NCBI RefSeq assembly: GCF_001194135.2
Contig: NC_068983.1
Coordinates: 62,946,324 to 63,010,323, forward strand
Source: Octopus bimaculoides
Lineage: Eukaryota
Direction: 5' to 3'
DNA: 64,000 nt
This document shows positions 52,570 to 64,000 of the stretch, piece by piece (the first letter of the stretch is position 1; the number at the start of each line of letters is the position of its first letter). A program made the translations under genes and the position numbers. A model generated the notes under the pieces. That model was not told where the DNA came from and ran no database searches. It was given only the letters and a program-made list of their open reading frames with translations.

Positions 52570-53935
52570 GAACATGGAGCAACCACACGAGTCATCTATA
52601 TTGTATATAGGTAGAGTACTTGTTAGGTCAGAGGATGGAGAGAGCGTACGTTGTCTACATTTCAAATTTGTTGACTACACAGACCATACATTCGCGATCT
52701 ACACACTCGATATGGATAGGACCCGTAGACAGAGACCTGGTTACTGGATGTTGAACGCGTCCTTACCAGCACGCAAAGACTACAAGGATCAGATTAGCGA
52801 ACTAATTAAGCGGCAGTTGACGGTATTGTTAACGAGTGGTAGATCGCCTGATGAAGGCGATTATAGTAGAATAGATAGCGTTTCTATAGAGCAAGCTATA
52901 GCGAGAAATAGGGAGAACTAGTTATCAAACTAGAAAAGGTGATTAGTAACGTCATCGAAACCTTTTCTTGAACGTTTCACTCGAAACACGAAGGATGTGT
53001 TGTCAGAGCCAAGACTCGTGCACTCAAACACGATGGAAATAAAGCCGTCCGATGTGCCCGAAAGGTGGAGATGCAGTTTGGTAACAACTCTACAATCAGA
53101 TATATTTGATGGATTGGGAGGGAGTGCGTGCTACTCAGTTACGAATAAATGTTTGTGGCTTTCCTGCAGCACTTTGCGTGGCTCTTCGGGGAAGGCGATG
53201 AGTCGACGGTAGTAGTGGACATTAGTTAGCAGCACCTGTACGGCCTGCACGGCTCTCGGCAGCGGACACAAGGTTCTGCGAAAAGCCGATAACAACCACA
53301 GAAAACGGGGATGGAGGGGCGGCGATGAGCGATTGCACAAGTCACCAATCTGTGGGTCTGGATGGTCTGCTTTATGAATTATACGTGCTCATGCCATATT
53401 TGTTTGTCGGCCATTTGACAGACGTCTATCCTAACAGGTAGCAGGATGGGAGAATTTTTATTGTACTTAGCTGGGGTGTGGTAACACTGCCGAGGAAGGA
53501 CGCCAACATTGAGAACGTTCTAGGGACTTTTCGGCCCATAATTCTGCTAAGTTTAAAATTTTGGCAAAGGTGTTAGCGAAAAGGTTGACGCTTGTCGTCG
53601 GTAGTCTGGTCGGGAAAGCGCAAAAGTGTGCAATCTAATCGACAACAACCTCCACCTTAGGCGATACATCGGCTTCGGTGGGGTTCTGATCAATTTGAAT
53701 CAGTCTCAAACATTTGATCGGGTAGACCATCGTTTCTTGGATGCCATCCTGAAAGCGGCCGGTTTCGAATCTGTTTTCGCTGCAATGGACAGCGACACCT
53801 GTTCGGTGATCAAAGTAAACGGTCACCTATCAGAACTGTATCGCATCGCACGGTCGGTCCGTCATGGCTACCAGCTGTCACCTTCTTTGGGGACGTGGAG
53901 AAAACTTGGCGGACCTAGCACATGTTGAACGGTTG
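52570..53935 (+). mobile_element. Tx1/L1-clade ORF2 fragment (APE end to RT)
   Basis: DHTF...RPGYWMLNASL; VTLPRKDANIEN; VLAKRLTLVVG; LINLNQSQTFDRVDHRFL; VIKVNGHLS...RSVRHGYQLSP. Confidence 0.8.
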
Positions 53936-54109
53936 AGACGTGACCGTTCACTCTGACCACTGAACAGATGTCGTTGTGCATTGCAGTGATCCATCCCCTG
54001 AATACAGGCTCAAAACCACTAGCAAAATAATTTGCCAATCACCAACGACAACAACATCAGCAACAACTCATAAAGTAACAACAATTACAACGATGATAGC
54101 ATATATACT

Positions 54110-55400
54110 GTTACCATGGCTACAGAAAGTAGCCACTGAAGAAGAAATAGCAAAGTTGGATTGAAAGACGTGAAAGTTAATGTCAATGTACGGCGCCTCA
54201 CAAGGATTAGCAAATATAAATAGATCTATAATATAAGGAGTGAAAGGAGAATGTTTGCAGAATATTTGATAAATAGTAAGAATTGTTGCTACATGCAGCA
54301 GAAGATATGGATAGAGATGCAGATGAAATGTTTGGTAGGGAAATGTTCGGTAACCAGAGTTGAAGAGAAAACAGATCATCTGGAAATGGGAACGGATGGC
54401 CAGTTTAAAAGAAATACACAGAATATCAAGGATAAAACAACATGATAGCCATGATTTAAGCGATGCAGTTCGAAGCGTACCACTGAAGGCTGTATAACTG
54501 CAACGCAATATCGAGTTTTTAATATCATTTCGGTGAAGTATAACATTTATAAACTTCTGAGATTCAGGAATGCATACTCTGTGAAAGGAATGTAGAAAAT
54601 ATAACCCATCTAGTATGGGTTACATACAAGCAATGCCATGATGAAGTCTTTACCTTCATTGGCTTTTATGTCGTAAATACTTTTCTACTCTAGGCACGAG
54701 GTCCGAAATTTTGGGGGGAAGGGGGTTAGTCGATTTAATAGATCCCAATTTGCAACTGGTACTTAATTTATCGACCCTGAAAGGATGAAACGCAAAGTCA
54801 ATCTCAGCGGAATTTGAACTCAGAACGTAAAGACAGACGAAATACCGTTAAACATTTCGCCCGGCGTGCTAACGTTTCTGCCAGCTCGCCGCCTTTTTTA
54901 TGTCGTAAATACTAACAAAAGCAGTAACAAAGAATCGGTGTGAACATGAGCCTAGTAAAGTAACGCAGGAGGAAGGAAAGGCAACAACATATTGTGGAAA
55001 TATGAATTTCTAATTGATAGAGTAACTGATCATCGCTGCCTGTACAAGGTCGTATTAAACAAGAAACATGAATACTGTGCGATCATTGACATAGCCATAG
55101 CAAATGACGTGATTGCTGCGACTGAAAAATATCACCGAGTATTTCGAACTGAAAGCAGAGATAACAAGACTGTTTGAAATGTGTGAAAGTGATGTAAAAG
55201 TGATACTACTTGTGATCAGAGCATTAGAGTCAATCCCATTGAAAATTCAAACTTTCTTAAAGTGGTTGGGAATACCATGCAAGATATGTGTTATGCATCA
55301 AGCAGCCTTGCTAGGTACTGCGCATAGTTACTACACTAGGTGCTGCACAGGAAAGTATTATCTGTCTGAAGTCCTTGTTGTGACTTGACAGATGACTAAA
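54110..55400 (+). mobile_element. Old R4/Dong-type fragments interrupted by a SINE
   Basis: EEEIAKLD*KT*KL...MYG (RT C-terminus); later LWKYEFLIDR...CAIIDIAI...EK...IRLFEMCESDVKVILLVIRALESIP...HQAALLGTAH. Confidence 0.6.
54682..54895 (-). mobile_element. tRNA-derived SINE (family A) with 18-bp TSD
   Basis: Head GGCGGCGAGCTGGCAGAAACGTTAGCAC...GAGTTCAAATTCCGC, core GCGTTTCATCCTTTCAGGGTCGATAAATTAAGTACC; TSD TTTTATGTCGTAAATACT at 54664-54681 and 54896-54913. Confidence 0.92.
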
Positions 55401-55429
55401 TACGCCGGTGCATTTCCCACCTACACTGT

Positions 55430-55869
55430 GTGATAAAGTAAAGGCCAATAGACCAGATATAGTTGTCAAAGATCATGAAGGAAAAAAATGCTTCCTAATT
55501 GATGTATCAATACCAGCAGATGACAACGTTTCCCTAAAAGAAATGGAGAAACTTTCAAAATACAAAGACCTGAAAATAGAGGTAACTCGAATGTGGAATC
55601 TAAAAACAGAAACAATTCCTATCATAGTAGGTGCCTTAGGTATAATAAAAAAAATATTCAGACAAATACATAACAAAAACACCAGGACGTACAAATATAT
55701 ATATAACATACAGAAAATTGCACTACTGGGCACTGCACACATCCTACGCAAAACACTTTCAATACAGTAACCATAAGAGCATCACAGCAAGCCACAGAAC
55801 ATACCCAAGGCACACAGAGCTGCGCTCGGTAGTGAAGTGAAAGCACGTTAAAAAATAAAACTACTGAAC
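55430..55869 (+). mobile_element. Young 5'-truncated R4/Dong-type retrotransposon with (AAT)n tail
   Basis: KANRPDIVVKD...CFLIDVSIP...KEMEKLSKYKDL...IPIIVGALG...IQKIALLGTAHILRKTLSIQ* (RLE domain), ~100 bp 3' UTR, then (AAT)n. 3' end near-identical to 33424-33634 (-). Confidence 0.9.
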
Positions 55870-55931
<62 letters not shown>

Positions 55932-55932
55932 C

Positions 55933-56020
<88 letters not shown>

Positions 56021-56030
56021 GCAACAGTAG
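55870..56030. repeat. (AAT)n array downstream of R4/Dong copy
   Basis: Direct inspection. Confidence 0.95.
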
Positions 56031-56899
56031 TAGCAGCAGCAGCTTTAAATTTGAACGCAAGGCCAGCTGGTTTTTTTATAGGATGAGGTAAGTCGATTAC
56101 AATGATCTCAGTGTTCAACTGCTACTTATATAATCGACTCCGAAAGTATGAGAGGAATATTTAACCCCAGCGTGCGTTATTTGAACTCTGAACATAAAGA
56201 GTGCGGAGAAATGCTGCTTAGCATTTTGTCCCATAAGTCTTACATATAATTATTCATTACAAAGGCAAATAGCAAAATCGGAGATCAGGTGCACTATTCG
56301 CGGAAACGACCAAGGAAATACATTGGTGTACGAAAAAAAATGTACATAAAAGAAATGGAATGGGACGAGCAGTTAGGGTTACATCCCAGTGGACTTAAAC
56401 ATGGAGCCTCTAAGATCCAAAATTTCTGATTTCAAAAGACGAGTGCCTTCCCCCAGATGAGTCCTGCCTGTGTAAGCAGATATTTGGTGCATTCACGCTG
56501 GTCACTCTTGCTACTCTCACTCCCCATCCAGCAAACTTACTAGTAACCAGCATCTTCCTCTCCTCCTTCTCCAAGTGAAAGAAAATTAGTCAAAGAGTAG
56601 CGCTTGCCTTCGGTGCATTCAATGTTATGTTTTTTTCATCATGGTCACCAAACGGGGGAAAGCTGTCTGTCCTTTCCGCCCAGGGGAAAATGATTGAGTG
56701 ATACTCCCACGGACTCGGCTAATAGCTCAATCCGTTCTACCGCAGTAACAGCATTTCAACTCCAAAACTTAGCTATGCTCAGACACTGAGTGAGTATATG
56801 CATGGAAGACAGTTTTATCCATTTGTGCATATCTTGAAGAGGCCCAGCTGATGGCACTGCCGTGTCCATGGTGTTAATGCACAACGATCAGCGTCTCTA

Positions 56900-58350
56900 T
56901 AGTACTGTCAGGTCAGGGGTTTCTGAAATTTGTTAAAATGTTTCAGAATGGAATCGGCTGTTAAAGAGATCTCTATCCAAACCCCATAGAACTCCAAGAA
57001 CATGACCGATGATGTCCATCAATAGCCTTCTCCGTATGACATGGCTGATGTACCACCAGTTGTATCCCTGACTGGTAGATAACTATTACCATTTGACAAG
57101 TAACCGGTGTGAGGTGCTCAAAAACGCTTCTCTTGCTTTAGGACTGACTGCAAACCCAGCAAGGGTTAAATGTGAAGAAAACTTCTTTAACTAATGGTGA
57201 CAACACTCTGAACGTCCAACACCATCTGCAGATTCTGCAGTGGAAGTGCATTAGTGCCATGACATCCTGAATCTTCTGCACAATTGGGTTGGGCTTGGTA
57301 GCAAGAGGACATTCTTAACAGCGAACTACATCCCATCTACAGAAAGTTAGAGCAAACACTACAACCTCTTCAGATGAAATCTGGAGTAGGGCACAACGGT
57401 CTAATTATAATACATGATGGATGCAATGTATGAGATCAGCACCTCTACTCATTCTCCTTGGGTTATCTTCTACACTAACCTCTGCGTTTGACTGGCCATA
57501 TTTCTCGTAATACCATCCCCGTCTTTTATTCACCTAGCAATCCGGCTCTGAATCAGATCGAAGGCCTCTCAACGGAACACTAGATCCAGTGAACCACATT
57601 GCTGAATATCACGTATCTACCATTCCAAGTACAACTTGTTCAATTAACGTGTGCTTCTGCTATTACTTCATATTATTTCAGCAGAGTATCTCACCATCTC
57701 GGTCACTATCATGTTAAACACATCCATAGTGACACCAGCCACATTTGCCAGCAAGGCCTTTCGATTCTCAGTTCGTTTGTGTGCCACTCAACACCTATGG
57801 CTTCTGCAGTAACCATTTATTGCCAAAATGTAGTGGGGTAAATGAGAAAGTGACTCTGAGATGGACTCAGTATACAATTCGAAACTTCTGATATGTAGCT
57901 TTATAGTTTGATCATGGAGCAGACGTTCTTGTACAGTAATACAGTCTAGTTTATTAACGGGATTGAAGCATGTTATACTGAGATCGCCAAAAGGTTTTGA
58001 AGCAGGTGCTGCTGAATACTTTGGATTGGTGCGAAAGGATCAGACACAAGGATCACACACCGAAGCTATATACGAATTTTAGTAGTCGCATGCACTGTTA
58101 TAAATCATGTGATATGGAGACCTGCCAAGAATCACATAAGTTTCCCTGCCACCTGCCATGCTATAGATGACAAGTACCAGGCTATTTAATGATTTATTTG
58201 GTTAAACTAAAATTATTAATGGTGTATCTCCCTTGGTTGCAGCCTTCCATATCAGCACCCCCTACTTCGTGGATTACATGGCTGAGAATACTTCCAAGTT
58301 TATAAACGGTACTGATACACTTCCACCTATAGATGAGCGAACACGTTTAG
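56900..58350 (+). mobile_element. Heavily decayed retroelement, possibly Penelope-like
   Basis: More GC-balanced than flanks; only faint RT/GIY-YIG-like remnants; no clean motif. Confidence 0.25.
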
Positions 58351-59399
58351 TATGTAACCATGCATATCGTAAGTAAATTATCTAGTGCGTGAGGATTGCA
58401 TGGCACAAGATTATTAACAGCCAGGTATATCCCAATAGGTTCTTTCTAATTTTTGCAACATTCGCACATTCTGTCAAGAGCTGCAAGAGCCCGTCGTATT
58501 AGGCGCTAAAGATTTATAATCTGCCACAACCTTACAAATAACTAAGCTAAGTATTGCTGAAAAACAAACACCTCTCCATGGAACTGCTTAGCATACCAAC
58601 GCCGTGGTACACTACAGACTCGATTTTGATTACTATGTTCTCTCTTGGCCCATGTCACATTTTGAATCGCTTGTATTTCCTTGTTTTGCCACATTTCTCT
58701 AATTAAAGTTGGCCATGGTGTTAATGTGCTCTGCATTAATTGCCTTGTGTAAATCATGCTCACCTCCTCTTTACTGTTGGTGGATTTTCTAGGATGTCAA
58801 ACTTTTGAAAATTATCACTATTCGGTTGCTGCATGGGATCAATGTTGTGATTGGTTTTATTACGTTTCATCACGATTACAACCCATAATCTAGGATAACA
58901 AGTTCTTCTTACCGACTTCCTCGGTTTCTGATCTGATAGGGAGTATAATGAAACCGACTTCAATACCGTGTAACACCAGGATAAAAATAGAATTCAAGAG
59001 TTTGATATTCCAGAAATAGAAAAATAAGGTGAGTATCTTTAGGCTTAGCGAATGAAACTGAAATCTTTGAGGAGTTGATAACAGAAACGGGAGAGGAGAC
59101 AAATACACACTGATACAATCAGCAAGCCTGTACCGATATCATGGGCAAGAAGGATAAGAGATGTATACTTATTGATATTACAATTCCTACCGCAACAACC
59201 AATTCAGAGAAATGAACCACGTATAAGGTCCATGAAATCGAAATCAAAAGGTGTGTGAAGACCAAAATAATTCTTGATTATCGTAATTCAAGGATTAAAA
59301 AAAATGGAAATCGAAAAGTTCACTAATCGTAACCTAAGCAACAACAATATCTGCGCAGTCTACGACATACCTTAGTGGGAACAGCCAGCATACAATTCA

Positions 59400-60700
59400 G
59401 AGTCAATCTCTCAGCAAAGCAGTTGGTCCATGTCTACACTGCCGCATAAAGGAAATCACGTCGGTACCTGTCAGACAGTTGGGACTGGCTGATCAGGCGC
59501 TTGGGGCTATTGCCCCTCCCTCTCCTATCAGCTTCTTCCATACAACCCCAGCGTTGGTCTAAGATTCCATTCCAGTTCCCCACTAACAGTAAAAGGCGAG
59601 ACGTACATAGAAAGGCTTCCAGACGCCTAAAGAGATCTGGCTGTTTCACTCCGGTTGGGGCGTAGACAGCTACCAGTCTAAAGACACCACTATCACTATT
59701 GCTCACGTCCAGGACCAACAACTTCTCGTCCAGGTTCCAGAAGATCGACCTTACCTCGAGATCCAGTTCTTTTCTAAACAGCACTGCCACTCAGTCAACT
59801 ACTAGATGCAAAGATCTGATAGTCGTTGAACATAGAGGCCAGTGCACGAAAGCCTGGTCTCACTGACAGCATTTACATCCAATTCTAAAGACTTGAGATC
59901 GTTCAGTAGGTGCCCTTGCTTCCAAGGCAACCCAAGGCCTAGAATATTTAGAATTCCTACTTTTAATATGGTTATGTTGGCAAGCTAAAGAAATAATGGA
60001 ATGGTTTACTTACATCTCGGTGTCTTGTGAGGTCGGGTGATTCGACTTTCATAATCGATAGGGGTTTTTTGAGGAACCCCTTTAAGAATCTCGATGTGGG
60101 TCTCACGTTCATGGTTCCCATGTCCCCAATAAAGCTCTCTAGAATTTTTGTGTAGGAATCAATCGACATTTGTACTAGAAGTAAATCTCACACACGAAAT
60201 GTGCTCGATTCGAAAATCACTGTCCTTGTGTCAAATTCAATGTTTTGTGTTACGAGGTACATCAGTTCCTCGTAATCTCTTCTGATGAGTACGTAGCTGG
60301 GTGTTTTATTTTTCCAGGTCAACCCTGGATCAGTCCTCCCTGGCAGTTTTTGTCACCTCTATCGGGACGGTATCCGCCTTTTCCACAATTACATATCCCA
60401 GACGAACCTAGGAATGCGGACACGTACTGTACGTTTCCCCGTGTGGGAGGGGTACATAATGACTTTGCTGGTTTTGCAAGAGGTCATTGAATGTTACATA
60501 GCGAGGGCTTTTGATTGAAACAACACCGAAATGGTGCCGTATTGTTTTCCCATTGCTATGTACTCGGTGTCATCTCTGATGCACCTCAGCGTCGCTTCAG
60601 TATCTACTTGGGCTTTTCGTCTATTTTGAGATGCATCTTAAAAAGCATCGTTCTTTTCTCCACTGCTTCAATTGCCTCTGTCGGAATAGTTAGGTTGACC
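59400..60700 (-). mobile_element. Tx1/L1-clade ORF1 remnant and APE endonuclease start
   Basis: AVLFRKELDLEVRSI...LLVLDV...FRLVAVYAP...LLLVGNWNGILD (APE motif); upstream TMNVR-like ORF2 start and degraded ORF1-like sequence. Confidence 0.7.
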
Positions 60701-60999
60701 CAGGTTTCTTCTTCTGCTGCTGCTGCTGTTGTCACTGCTACCGCTGTTGATGTTATTGCTACTACTGCTGTTACTACGAAGAATAATAATAGTTATTATA
60801 ATTATGACTTCTTTTATTGGCCACAAGGGCCCAAGACATGGAGGACAATATTAAAGTATGAGATGCAGCACGAAAAACAGGTGGGGTTTACATCGATCAA
60901 GGGTGGCACTATAACATTAAGGGATATAACAAAAGGATATATAAATAGAAATTTAAAAATAAATAATAAATAAATTGAATTGCCAACAACAATGTAGTC

Positions 61000-61930
61000 C
61001 ACTTAGGGTAAATCGGAACCCCACCACCGAACTACCTGGGTTACGTTACTCTGCGATCCTGAAGACATGAGAAGTACCATCTTCCAGTTTCTCTCCTACT
61101 ACTTAGCAAAGCATATTCAGAATAGATCCAATTAGCCTCAACAACCATATCACTCTCGCCCACCTTTTAATAAACACACTAGAAGGCAGCGCCTCCTTCT
61201 CCATCCTACGTTCCGCTTCAAATGATATTTGAAGAGATTGGTGAGAGTTTGGCTAGATACGAAAGTACCAGTCTATTGACCTTACAGACGAGTCGACTAC
61301 CCGGCCTTTGTTGTCACAGCCACTAAACGGAGAAATATCTGCCTCCCCTCTTTGCTGGAGGAAGGTGGTGTTTTGATCTTTAATACCCACTCGGTACGCA
61401 ACTGGATTCGTCTTACACGGGACAGCAGCTGCTCAACACAAGCTAACAAGTCTCTAATGCACAGACACTGAACAATTACATGCAGGACGGTTTCGTCTCT
61501 CTGGGTGCATCTCGCGCAAGTTCGGCTGTTGGCACTTCCATGCTTGAAGAGCTTGTCTCGAACAGGCAATGTCACTGTTATACTATCATGCGAAAGACCT
61601 TTGGAAATTGCCCATGATCTAGGACTCAAACATACTTCAAAAGAGACCACTCAGACTGTTCTCGTCGATGCCCCAGAGTTAATCCTAGGTCATCGATGCT
61701 CATGCCCTCAACTCGCCCCTTATAGAAATCTAGACCTATTTTCCCGCTAACGGCTTTGTCCAGCTGGTACAATTCAGTGAGCGCCCAGCGACATTCTAGA
61801 TGCCAACACCTAATATCTATGTTAACATTCCATCTATGACGGCAGTTCACCCAATAAGATGAGATGCTGAAAGAAGTGTCGTATGAAAGACGCACACACC
61901 AGTTCACCCTTATTCGCGTCACCGTCGTTC
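61000..61930 (-). mobile_element. Tx1/L1-clade ORF2 C-terminal zinc-finger fragment
   Basis: LPVRDKLFKHG...CARCTQRDETVLHVIVQC (CxxC-x7-H-x4-C). Confidence 0.7.
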
Positions 61931-62197
61931 ACACCATCTCAGTGATTTAGATATTTCTGTCCAGCGTTCACCATGATAGATCGCTAGCCACTATACCTTT
62001 TTCTATTTTCTTTCCCTGTTTATTTCTATGTTCCTTTCTGTCGAAGAGCGTAGGCTCGAAACGTAAAATACTTTCTCACTTCCCGAGCGTTAAACTAATA
62101 CATATGTTGGTTGTCTACACACCCGTCTTCGCCTTTTGTTTTTTGTAAATTCTCACAACATACATACATACATACATACATACATACATACATGCAT

Positions 62198-62234
<37 letters not shown>

Positions 62235-63069
62235 NNNNNNNNNNNNNNNNNNNNNNNNNNNNNNNNNNNNNNNNNNNNNNNNNNNNNNNNNNNNNNNNNN
62301 NNNNNNNNNNNNNNNNNNNNNNNNNNNNNNNNNNNNNNNNNNNNNNNNNNNNNNNNNNNNNNNNNNNNNNNNNNNNNNNNNNNNNNNNNNNNNNNNNNNN
62401 NNNNNNNNNNNNNNNNNNNNNNNNNNNNNNNNNNNNNNNNNNNNNNNNNNNNNNNNNNNNTATATATAATACATTCATACATAATACACACACAGATATA
62501 TATGTACATATAAATGTACATATGCCATTGCTGTTAGTTATTATATATCGTGCCATGAAGCTTTATATTCAATACTCTTGAATAATTACCAAACGACAAA
62601 CTAAAACGGCTCAACATTTCGAATATCCAGAAGGTATAGTTGATAAATATAGGTATTGCGTAGGCCATGAATGCTACTAAGGTAAGCATTGTAGCGATAT
62701 ATTAATATTGGTCATTGAAATGAGTTATTTTGCAGTCTAGGAATGATAACATTGAATACGTTTTTACAAGTGGCTGCTCTGGTTATTGAAAAAACAGTTT
62801 TAAAGCGAGAGTAAAAAGTTTTATCTTAAAATAATGTGAAAATGCTGAAGTCATGAATATATAAAGATTGAAGTGGAAATTGGTATATTATGTAAAGAAA
62901 CACGATAGAGTGACTTAATAAATAACTGTGACTGTAAAGACAACGAATATCCCATAAGTGCTTATAACGATGTAACGATTCATAAACGCTCTTAAAGTGA
63001 TAAGTGATAAAACATAAGATTTTTCAATGTTATTGTATAGGTTACATCGTTTTAGGAAGGTCTCCTTGA

Positions 63070-63455
63070 CAGGCGCATGCGTGGCTGTGTGACAAGAAGT
63101 TTGCTTCTCAACCATATGGTTCCTCTTTCAGTTGAACAGTGTGGCACCTTGATCAAATATCTTCTACTACAGCCCTGGGTCAACAAATCACTCATGAGTG
63201 AATTTAGTAGACGGAAACTGAATGAAACCTATCTTATACATGTAGATGTTTGTGTCTTTGTGATGCTCCCCACTCCACCATTGTGTTGATTTCATTACAT
63301 CCTCGTAACCTTGCGGTTTGGCGAAAACTTTCGATAGAAGTAGTACCATACTTAACAGAAATAAGTACTGGCATCAATTTGTTTGATTAAAACCTTCAAG
63401 GCGATATCCCAGCATGGCCACAGTCTAATGACTGAATCGAGTAAAAGATGAAAGA
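63070..63455 (+). mobile_element. Family B SINE, older, no expanded microsatellite
   Basis: AGGCGCATGCGTGGCTGTGTG...GGCACCTTG...GTAGACGGAAACTGAA...CCAGCATGGCCACAGTC. Partial copies at ~4590-4880, 41945-42092, 46585-46710 (-), 17235-17400 (-). Confidence 0.8.
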
Positions 63456-63469
63456 TTACCGATCACTTA

Positions 63470-63982
63470 TATAGGTGGTGACTGACGTTTATTATAAAGC
63501 CCTGCTGTATAACGTATTGCTTTGTATGAAGTGTAACTACCCAACTGTAGTTATGTATGGACTCAAGATGGTGCCTCTGCTCATACGGCAAAGAAAGTGC
63601 AAACATTCTCTGAAGACAACTTCGCCGTTTTTGACCTGCCAAACTCTGGCTTTCTTCCAGCCCAGACTTAAATTTCTTGAACTATGCCGTATTGTGCAAA
63701 TTGGAGCACTCTATCAACAGAACTTCGCATCCAAGTTTTTATCATTCTAAGCAGATCCTGTGGGAAGCGTGGGACAACATGTCTGAGTACTTCATCATGA
63801 AGAGTTGTGATGCGATATGTGAAGGCTGTGGTGGACAATGAAGGCAGACATATTGAATAAATTGTTTCTTTATACTTCTATAAACTTGTGTTAAAATTAT
63901 ATGTTAGGTTGCTGGTTATTGTAATATAAACAATTTGGTGAAATATCTATTATTTTCCAAGTTTTGCATCCCCACCCTCTAT
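63470..63982 (+). mobile_element. maT/DD37D-like transposon 3' fragment
   Basis: YVWTQDGASAHTAKKVQ...(frameshift)...WLSSSPDLNFLNY; 37 residues from D to the D-equivalent after restoring one base. TIR-like end ttttgcatccccaccctc followed by (TA)n. Confidence 0.7.
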
Positions 63983-64000
63983 ATATATATATATATATAT

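Noticed and set aside
58400-59300. Non-repetitive stretch with short minus-strand ORFs
   Set aside because: No recognisable domain or splice structure; probably old TE debris.
62041-62070. GAAGAGC-gtag-GCTC-GAAAC, second hammerhead-like string
   Set aside because: CUGA core is altered and no stem III/NUH site follows; at most a degenerate Penelope-type end.

Overview
AT-rich, gappy eukaryotic scaffold (many N-runs, almost all flanked by microsatellites). The repeat landscape (tRNA-derived SINE families, dense di/tri/tetranucleotide arrays) and the one recognisable gene suggest a cephalopod, probably Octopus (inference). Only one intact protein-coding region is supported: a single-exon CDS at 49045-49824 (+) encoding a molluscan FxRIamide neuropeptide precursor (signal peptide, 10 F-x-R-I/L-G amide peptides, 1 degenerate copy). 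It is preceded by a strong splice acceptor, so its 5' UTR exon lies somewhere upstream. Everything else is decayed mobile DNA: four SINE families, three Tc1/mariner families (D34D mariner, DD36E, DD37D maT-like), R4/Dong-type and HERO-type RLE retrotransposon fragments, Tx1/L1-like and RTE fragments, and a near-identical inverted repeat pair carrying a hammerhead-ribozyme-like motif. Best leads: the neuropeptide precursor architecture, a head-to-tail chain of (TAA)n-associated R4/Dong insertions at 31.5-34 kb, the hammerhead-like repeat, and a DD36E transposase. Family names come from motif recognition without database searches; repeat boundaries are approximate unless TSDs/TIRs are quoted.
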